Of a DNA stretch of 64,000 nucleotides, positions 57,292 to 64,000 are shown in pieces. Position numbers and translations under genes: made by a program. The stretch covers positions 64,001 through 128,000 of the forward strand of contig MTMF02000009.1 in the NCBI GenBank assembly GCA_002011125.2. The letters run 5' to 3'. Position 1 is the stretch's first letter. Every line of letters starts with the position of its first letter. The stretch comes from Candidatus Hydrothermarchaeum profundi. GTDB lineage: Archaea > Hydrothermarchaeota > Hydrothermarchaeia > Hydrothermarchaeales > Hydrothermarchaeaceae. The notes beneath the pieces are model-generated. The model saw only the letters and a program-made list of their open reading frames with translations. It ran no database searches and was not told where the DNA came from.

Positions 57292-58255
57292 TCTCCCTTT
57301 CTATTATCTCAAATGGGTCTTGAAGAGTATTAATAATAGAAGTTGCCTTATTTCTTATTTCATTTTTAGAATCCCAGAGGGATTCCACTAAACTCGCTAT
57401 TTCCTTTATTTCAGTAGAATGATAGAGGAGTCCCTTTTCAATCAAAAATCTATCAACACCAAGCAGATCCTGTGGATAGAAGGAAATCGTAGGCGTTCCC
57501 AACAAAGCCGATTCTCTGTTCATAGTACCTCCCCCACTTAGGACAACCCTCGAATAATAAATAAGGCTCAAAGTATCTATATTTCTAAGATTAAGTACTC
57601 CTTTATATTCAATGTCCCGGGGAATAACAACGACTTGCAAGCTTTTCTCTTGTAGAGTCTCTATAAGCTTCTCGGTAATCTTTCTACCGTAGAAATAGGA
57701 GGCTAAATAAGGCTCAGGCCTGATAAGCACATAATCATCAACTCCATACTTCTCAAGAATTTTTTCATCTGGCTTAAAATTCCTGATATGAGCCAGCTCA
57801 CAAAGCCCATTAAACTCTACAATATTCTCCGGGATAGCCCCCTGAGATATTAGCTTTTTTTTATCTACAGCAAATGGTACGACTATTTTATCGCACAAAG
57901 ACAAAGAAAGTCTGTTCTGCTTCTCCGCGTACTCATTGTCTACAACATGAATTGCAGGTACTCCTAAACCAAAGGCGACTCTAGGTAACTCTACGCTTTG
58001 CTTTGAAATCGCTGCTTTTATATTTTCCTTGGACACTATTTCAGCAAGTCCTGAGATTCTCTTAGCGCTCTCTATCAGTTTCTTCTTAGGATCATTCCCC
58101 CCATGAAACCCGATACATATATACTCGATGCCATGTGAATCAAGAAGATCTGTTAATGACCCAAATTCACGAGTAGTGACTAATACTTCATGCCTTTTAA
58201 TAAAATCCTTAAAGAAAAGAATATGCGGCTGATTTGTAATATCCACCCAAATCAT
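57263..58255 (-). CDS. DUF354 glycosyltransferase-like protein
   Basis: IWVDI.N.PH..FF, GGTM.RE.ALLG.P. Confidence 0.88.
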   Translation of the reverse strand: MIWVDITNQPHILFFKDFIKRHEVLVTTREFGSLTDLLDSHGIEYICIGFHGGNDPKKKLIESAKRISGLAEIVSKENIKAAISKQSVELPRVAFGLGVPAIHVVDNEYAEKQNRLSLSLCDKIVVPFAVDKKKLISQGAIPENIVEFNGLCELAHIRNFKPDEKILEKYGVDDYVLIRPEPYLASYFYGRKITEKLIETLQEKSLQVVVIPRDIEYKGVLNLRNIDTLSLIYYSRVVLSGGGTMNRESALLGTPTISFYPQDLLGVDRFLIEKGLLYHSTEIKEIASLVESLWDSKNEIRNKATSIINTLQDPFEIIEREISNLLGQSS

Positions 58256-58309
58256 ATAACGCGAGTTGGTTCAGTATTAGATATAAATTTTCTCTCTTTA
58301 TGCTTTATT

Positions 58310-59557
58310 CTAAAAAATACCTTTTCTAGCAATATTTAGCATTTCAAAAGAAAAAATTAGCGCAGAAAGAAAGAAGACTAACGCAGAGGCTTTCATAATT
58401 GGTACAGAGATTAATGAGCCTAAAAAAAGTCCTACGATACCAATATTAGCTAGTATAAATATAACCCACGAAAGCCTCTCACTGTAAAGTTCTTTAAAGT
58501 TAGAAGGAAGAGACTTAACTTTCTTCTCGGCCATATTGGCCCAAGTCAACATCGGTATAAGGTGATACATTCCACCGAATATCGTCAAACTTACCCAGCC
58601 AAGCATCGCTAGATGAACATGTCCAAAGGATAGCTCTCTTAAAATATCTCGATTGAGAAGCATTACAAGACCTACTATTACGACTGCAAGGAAGTATAAT
58701 ATCGCCGCTTCAAGGAACTTCGCCTCTGTGGATGTAACCTTCATTTTCATTTTTGATTCTCCAGAGGCTGTTTTGTACATGAGATAGGTAAAAAGAAGCG
58801 TTCCTATTATTACTATAATGGCAAAGATAATTGTAGTTACTCCAAACCCTGTTGCTATAAGACTTAAAAAGAAACCTACTACTCCAGCGTTGAAGACCCA
58901 GAAGACCTGCCTTACTAGACGTTCACTATAAATATCCTTCATAACCACCATAGGAAGCATCCAAGACATAGCCCCAATAATGATAACTGATATCCAGCCG
59001 AGTGCACCAATATGAGCATGAGAAGCTATTAGCTTAGAACTTGAAGGTAATATTCTCCAAAGCTCAAGGATTTCCATCCTCATTAGCACTATTATTAACC
59101 CTAACGTGCTACCGAGAACTAAGTATACTACCGACATAACGTAAAACCAGAGAGTGAACGTCCATGCTCTCTTGTTTTTTACTGTGAGAAAAATATTAGC
59201 AGCAAAAGCGTAAACCGCTATAAGTAAAAAAAGAGAAAAAAGTAGGGTAAAAGGCTCAAACCCGTATGTTGTAATCCCAACTACAAAGCCTATTAGCCCC
59301 AGATTTAACATCCAGAAAGATATTTCTCCAAGAATCTTACTATAAAGATCAGCGCTCGTAAACGTCGGTACCTGCTGATACATTGTGCCGATTATAGTCG
59401 CTGAAACGAATCCAAGTAAGGCAATATGTGCATGAGATACAATAACATCTCTGGTAATAGGGAATACTTGAAAAAGCATCCCTATACCTAGCGTACACGC
59501 CGCTAAGAAATAGACTACAGCTGTAATTAGAAATCTGAGGCTAAGCTTTCTAGTCAT
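58310..59557 (-). CDS. Polytopic membrane protein with repeated HxH..LG motifs (NnrS/heme-copper subunit I-like)
   Basis: Three repeats H(A/V)H..LG(F/W)..G.M; about 12 TM helices; in the nor cluster. Confidence 0.7.
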   Translation of the reverse strand: MTRKLSLRFLITAVVYFLAACTLGIGMLFQVFPITRDVIVSHAHIALLGFVSATIIGTMYQQVPTFTSADLYSKILGEISFWMLNLGLIGFVVGITTYGFEPFTLLFSLFLLIAVYAFAANIFLTVKNKRAWTFTLWFYVMSVVYLVLGSTLGLIIVLMRMEILELWRILPSSSKLIASHAHIGALGWISVIIIGAMSWMLPMVVMKDIYSERLVRQVFWVFNAGVVGFFLSLIATGFGVTTIIFAIIVIIGTLLFTYLMYKTASGESKMKMKVTSTEAKFLEAAILYFLAVVIVGLVMLLNRDILRELSFGHVHLAMLGWVSLTIFGGMYHLIPMLTWANMAEKKVKSLPSNFKELYSERLSWVIFILANIGIVGLFLGSLISVPIMKASALVFFLSALIFSFEMLNIARKGIF

Positions 59558-59570
59558 ATTTTACTCCTAT

Positions 59571-59687
59571 TCACCCATGTATGAACATTGGCAAACATCG
59601 GACACAAACATAGTCTTCTTTACCCTTATAGTAGAATTTAAGGATTTTTACTTCATCATCCGTTCTCTTACAGTTTGAACATTCCAT
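59571..59687 (-). CDS. 38-aa CxxC..CxxC protein; not in ORF track
   Basis: MECSNCKRTDDEVKILKFYYKGKEDYVCVRCLPMFIHG; SD AGGAGG. Confidence 0.75.
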   Translation of the reverse strand: MECSNCKRTDDEVKILKFYYKGKEDYVCVRCLPMFIHG

Positions 59688-59706
59688 TTCATATCCTCCT
59701 TTTTGT

Positions 59707-60021
59707 TTATATTGGTGGAGCAATACCCACCAGTACCTTCATCCTCGTTTTAGCTCTAATACCGTGTGGTTCACTTACAGGGGATACAAGAAGAGAGCCC
59801 CTCTTGGCGGGTATATCCTTTTCCCCACCAATAAAAGAGCCTTCGCCTTCTAGTACGCAGAGAAATACTTCTGAATCCACATCGTGAGAGTGCACCGGAA
59901 GCTCTTGCCCTGGCTCGAAACAAAATAGGATAAGTCTCATATTGTAGGAGTCATGGACAAAGTCCAGCCAATACTTATCCTTTTTGAATTTTGCTACTTC
60001 TTCGAGTTCTATTTTTTTCAT
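59707..60021 (-). CDS. Cupin-domain protein
   Basis: PGQELPVHSH..E..VLEGEG..PHG. Confidence 0.9.
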   Translation of the reverse strand: MKKIELEEVAKFKKDKYWLDFVHDSYNMRLILFCFEPGQELPVHSHDVDSEVFLCVLEGEGSFIGGEKDIPAKRGSLLVSPVSEPHGIRAKTRMKVLVGIAPPI

Positions 60022-60034
60022 TAAATCACCTGCA

Positions 60035-61390
60035 TTACATCTTGGGTCTTAACGTCAGTAGGTCTGTCACAGTTCTCAAGACTCCTATAAAGAACACTAT
60101 CCCTATGCCTATGACGGCCTTGAACCAGAACTGCATCTGAGCTTGTGCTGTCATATATCCAAGTCCTAGCACTCTTTCAAGGTAAGTCTGTAAAATGCCC
60201 GCTCCACTGAAAGCTAGTCCTATTCCAGTCATGCTGAATATCATTATCCAAAAGCCTAGTTTACCTCTACTATCATCGTAGATTCTGTATCCTTTAATCT
60301 CCGGTATAGCGAAGTAGAAGAACATCAAATTAAACAAAGCATATGCCCCAAAGAAAGCCAAGTGCCCATGTGCTACCGTAACTTGGCTACCGTGAGTATA
60401 GTAGTTAATCTGAGGTAAAGTATGCATGAAACCCCAAATACCTGCTCCAATGAAGTGGTATAAAGCTCCACCTCCCATGTAGGTCCAAGCTAGAGGGTTG
60501 ACAAGCTCCATCTTCCTCTCTCTAGTCCACTTAAATACATCGATCACCATAAGCAGAATTGGCAAAGGCTCCAATGCGCTGAAGACTCCTCCAACATATA
60601 GCCAGTACCGAGGGGCTCCAAGCCAATAGTAGTGATGACCCGTTCCTGCAATACCTGTAAATAAGAATAAACCGATCTCTATGTAGAGCCATTTTTCAAC
60701 AACCTCTTTGTTAACTCCAGTCAACTTTATAAGCGCAAATGCCGTGAGTGATGCCACCACAAGCTCCCAAGCGCCTTCAACCCATAGATGGATTACCCAC
60801 CACCAGTAGTACCAGTCTATGGTTTCATTTTCATAAACAGGTATCCCGAAGAGATACAGTAAGGAAAGGGTAATCAGTCCGGTTAATAGCATTGCCTGGG
60901 TAACGGTCCAATGTTCGCCTTTTAAAATAGTCATCCCCACATTGAATAAGAAAATTAGTGCACCTACTACCACAAGTAAGTCTAGCCATCTAGGTATCTC
61001 AAGAAGAGGTCTACCCTGATTGAAATTGAACCAGGGATTATCAATGGTTATTCCCATGCCATTTATGAATATAGTTACTAATGCAGTTACGCCGACTAAT
61101 ACTAACGCTGCGAGTTGTATATACGCAAGCTTCTTACTATAGAGTTCTCTTTTCGATTCCTCTGGGATCATGTAGTATGTAGCACCCATAAAACCCAGAA
61201 GAGACCAGAGCACCAATAGATTAGTATGAAATGCTCTTGCGGTTGAGAATGGAAATACGTTCACTAGCCATTGAGGCAGAGTAAAGGCATAGTTTGTCGC
61301 TAGCCATAACCCCATTACCACTTGTAGAACGAACAATAATAAAGCGACAACAAAATAAGGATAGGCGATCTTTTGGCTTTCGTATTTCAT
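60035..61390 (-). CDS. norB: Cytochrome c-dependent nitric oxide reductase subunit B
   Basis: R..HTN, WWVIHLWVEG.WE, GTGHHYYW, SALEP, HGHLAFFG. Confidence 0.93.
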   Translation of the reverse strand: MKYESQKIAYPYFVVALLLFVLQVVMGLWLATNYAFTLPQWLVNVFPFSTARAFHTNLLVLWSLLGFMGATYYMIPEESKRELYSKKLAYIQLAALVLVGVTALVTIFINGMGITIDNPWFNFNQGRPLLEIPRWLDLLVVVGALIFLFNVGMTILKGEHWTVTQAMLLTGLITLSLLYLFGIPVYENETIDWYYWWWVIHLWVEGAWELVVASLTAFALIKLTGVNKEVVEKWLYIEIGLFLFTGIAGTGHHYYWLGAPRYWLYVGGVFSALEPLPILLMVIDVFKWTRERKMELVNPLAWTYMGGGALYHFIGAGIWGFMHTLPQINYYTHGSQVTVAHGHLAFFGAYALFNLMFFYFAIPEIKGYRIYDDSRGKLGFWIMIFSMTGIGLAFSGAGILQTYLERVLGLGYMTAQAQMQFWFKAVIGIGIVFFIGVLRTVTDLLTLRPKM

Positions 61391-62103
61391 TTCCTACCCT
61401 CCTTTAAATTTGCAATATATTCAGCTATGGCTTCTGCCTCTTCTTCCGAGACTCTTTGTGCTGGCATAGTTGCATCGGGATTAATCGATCTTGGGTCAAG
61501 TATATAGTTCTTAATGTAATCTTTATCTCGCTTCACTTGCTCAAACTCTGGTCCCTGTAGTCCTCCTACACCTCCTAGAGAATGGCATGCTAAGCATCCA
61601 GCTTCCTTTATAAGAGCTGCTCCTTTGCTCATTCCTACTCCGGCTACAAGAATATTTACCCCTGGCTTATATTTTTGGTCTTGGGGTGGCCAATTATTGT
61701 TTTCAATCTCGCTTACCCATTTCAAAAAGGCTATTAGATTCTTCACCTCTTCCTCTGTTAGGTCATATTTCGGCATTTTTCTCATCGAGTTAGCAAAGAC
61801 CTTATCAGGACCTAAGACTCTAACTTTTATGCCCTCCGCTCCTAGTCTCCAATATGCTTTTGTCATGTCTGGAGCGTAATATCCTCCGAAACCAAGTATA
61901 GTATGGCAATCATTGCAGTTATACTTCTCCCATACAGCTTTTCCAGCAATGACTTGAGGAGTTAATTGGTCTGCGTGGGTTAATGCTGTAACTTGTCTAT
62001 GGGTATCTATAGTAAGACCTAAGAGTATCATTGCTGAAATCGAAGTTCCTATTATAAATATCCATTTAGCTGCTTTGAATTCCATAATATCCCTCCTTCT
62101 CAT
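61387..62103 (-). CDS. norC: Nitric oxide reductase subunit C, diheme
   Basis: N-terminal TM, CNDCHTILG.G.YYAP, second CLACH domain. Confidence 0.9.
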   Translation of the reverse strand: MRRRDIMEFKAAKWIFIIGTSISAMILLGLTIDTHRQVTALTHADQLTPQVIAGKAVWEKYNCNDCHTILGFGGYYAPDMTKAYWRLGAEGIKVRVLGPDKVFANSMRKMPKYDLTEEEVKNLIAFLKWVSEIENNNWPPQDQKYKPGVNILVAGVGMSKGAALIKEAGCLACHSLGGVGGLQGPEFEQVKRDKDYIKNYILDPRSINPDATMPAQRVSEEEAEAIAEYIANLKEGRK

Positions 62104-62235
62104 TCATATGTAATTTCCTGAAATTTATGACTAAAATACATCTCTAATATAAAAAAATTACTACTATATATTAAATATTAATTATAATAAAAAGCTTTAT
62201 TTTATAGATATTTACTAAATATTCTTAAAGTTAAT

Positions 62236-63291
62236 CTACCAGTGAAAGCGGACATTAGATCTAACATTTCTTACCCCTCCCATCAAACCATCAACATGTT
62301 TAATTGTAGATGGCAATCCAGTCTTTTCAAAGAACTTTTCCCATCCAATTCTAGCAATCCAATCCCCAATTCTTTCGTCTCTACGAGCATCTTCCACCCA
62401 CGTATCGATTATATTCTTAACCGCAGTTACTACCTCAGGCCACTGCGGAGGATTATTTGGGATATATGGTATGACCATTTTTGCCCATGCAGGACCTGCA
62501 CCCGTATTTCCAGCCTTTCCGCCCACGACGATTGCTACTCCCGCAGTTTCAGGCCTCATAGTTAGTGCCTCGCAAGTCATGGTACAGTATGCACAGTATA
62601 TACATCTTTCAGGATTAATTTCTATGCTGTATTTGCCTTTTGGTCTAATTGCAGCCGTAGGACAAACTCTTATAGTGGTGGGTCTTTCACAAGCTTTGAC
62701 CTTTTCTTCATTTATAACAGGCGGCTCTCTATACACTCCAACAACACCTATGTTTGAAGTAGAACCCTCGCCACATTGGTTAATGCAACCTGAAACCGAG
62801 ATTTTGAGCTTAGCAGGATACACTTCATCGTCTGCAACAAATTCTCCATAAAGAGCATCGGAAATAGCCTTAGCGATACTTGGAGAATCAGCGGCTGCCA
62901 ATTGACAATGTAACCATCCAGTACAACAAGTGGTCTGATGAAATCTTCTTCCAGTACCACCTACTGGCAAACCTAATTCGTTGAGTTTAGTTATTAATTC
63001 GCTAATTTTTTCTTTTTCTACGCCCACGAACTCCACATGATTTCTAGTGGTAACCCTGAAATAACCCTCTGAATATTCATCCGCAAGATCGCATATTTTA
63101 TAAAGAGTAGAAGTACTCACTCTAGCATTTGTTGGCATTCCTACTCTAACAGTATAACACTCTTCTCCACCCTTAGATACATGCTTATACACTCCCGCCT
63201 TAACAAATTCATGACCAACCCACTTTCCATAGTTACGCATTATAATAGGGGGTAATACTTCCTCAAATGGAGGTATCCCTACACCGGGCAT
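62236..63291 (-). CDS. dsrB: Dissimilatory-type sulfite reductase beta subunit
   Basis: PP....NYGKW..H, R.T.R...EF, CTGWLHC, GC.N.C, ferredoxin domain, ERIGDWI.RIGWE.FF. Confidence 0.92.
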   Translation of the reverse strand: MPGVGIPPFEEVLPPIIMRNYGKWVGHEFVKAGVYKHVSKGGEECYTVRVGMPTNARVSTSTLYKICDLADEYSEGYFRVTTRNHVEFVGVEKEKISELITKLNELGLPVGGTGRRFHQTTCCTGWLHCQLAAADSPSIAKAISDALYGEFVADDEVYPAKLKISVSGCINQCGEGSTSNIGVVGVYREPPVINEEKVKACERPTTIRVCPTAAIRPKGKYSIEINPERCIYCAYCTMTCEALTMRPETAGVAIVVGGKAGNTGAGPAWAKMVIPYIPNNPPQWPEVVTAVKNIIDTWVEDARRDERIGDWIARIGWEKFFEKTGLPSTIKHVDGLMGGVRNVRSNVRFHW

Positions 63292-63292
63292 A

Positions 63293-64000
63293 CTACATCA
63301 GCTCCTCTATCTTCCAATGATAAAAGAGGTTTTCTCTCGGAATAGTGAGTTCCCGTATATCAACTTCTACTCCAACCAATTTTATGAACTTGTCAAATCC
63401 AAATCTATGGAGAAACTCTCCCATACGTTCTTTAGGCATAGCATTCTCATCATAGACTTCTACAACTCTCTCTATAACATCCAAAATTTCCTTGAATTTA
63501 GGAGGAGAAGACTTAATGAACGGAACAAGGACCTTAGCCAATGTAGGGCCATATTTACTCCTGAACTTACCTCCAACCAGGATGGATGCCCCTCGATCTT
63601 CTCCAGGACTAATCGCAGGACACTGATTTATGCAATACATGCAATGAACACAGGCTTCTGAATCTATTGTAAGCTCATTTCCATCCCAACTCATAGCCCA
63701 GGTGGGGCACTTAGAGCAAATATAGTTAATGTCCCCGCCATTTTCAACCCAGCTCACTAATTTTTCCTGATCTACTAATGGCGCATCTCTAAAAGTTCCA
63801 CACACAAAGATCTCGCTTTTGTGGATTCCAAGCACACAATCATTTGGACAGCCCGCTGCTTTGGTTTTTATCTTATGAGGAAACCTAGGATACTGCATAT
63901 CATCTAACAAGTGCTTTGTGAATGCATTTCTAAATCCAATGGTATCGAACAACGCTACGTCACATCTCGCAGGACCAATACAAGCTTTAACCGTTCGAAG
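63293..64000 (-). CDS. dsrA: Dissimilatory-type sulfite reductase alpha subunit (5' part beyond window)
   Basis: Frame open to the edge: LRTVKACIGPARC, FPHK.K.K.AGCPNDC, CVHCMYCINQCP, ER.GE. Confidence 0.9.
   Translation of the reverse strand, partial: LRTVKACIGPARCDVALFDTIGFRNAFTKHLLDDMQYPRFPHKIKTKAAGCPNDCVLGIHKSEIFVCGTFRDAPLVDQEKLVSWVENGGDINYICSKCPTWAMSWDGNELTIDSEACVHCMYCINQCPAISPGEDRGASILVGGKFRSKYGPTLAKVLVPFIKSSPPKFKEILDVIERVVEVYDENAMPKERMGEFLHRFGFDKFIKLVGVEVDIRELTIPRENLFYHWKIEELM

Noticed and set aside
1-64000. CRISPR array or rRNA
   Set aside because: No regularly spaced repeats or rRNA-like sequence seen

Overview
Archaeal genomic window. The gene set (archaeal LeuRS/AlaRS, PAN, P0/P1 stalk, cofC, dsrAB) is euryarchaeal-type, and a Hydrothermarchaeota-like host is an inference only. 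1-3.6 kb: decaying accessory patch next to tRNA-Leu(TAA), containing a GTPase-less EF-1alpha paralog, two pseudogenes and a PIN toxin-antitoxin pair. 3.6-7.5 kb: tRNA-Leu, eL41, tRNA-Arg, DUF434 and leuS. 7.7-25.4 kb: a 17,614-bp element between leuS and alaS, bounded by a perfect 19-bp terminal inverted repeat and flanked by a 6-bp direct repeat (TAATAT). It carries an AT-rich operon made of two paralogous Zn-finger/winged-helix-like proteins with (RE)n tails, a classic-clade AAA+ ATPase, two small proteins and a zinc-hook SMC/Rad50-like ATPase. This is followed by a PAPS-reductase-like Fe-S protein, an RHH protein, a catalytically degenerate TGT-like protein, a DDE transposase and three predicted nucleases. 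This operon is the best candidate for an undescribed defence or DNA-manipulation system. 25.5-58 kb: mostly housekeeping genes, including a degenerate MptA paralog. 58-64 kb: a cNOR (norCB, diheme NorC) cluster directly downstream of dsrAB, with dsrA cut by the window edge. No CRISPR array or rRNA was seen. All calls are from motif recognition by eye; no database searches were run.
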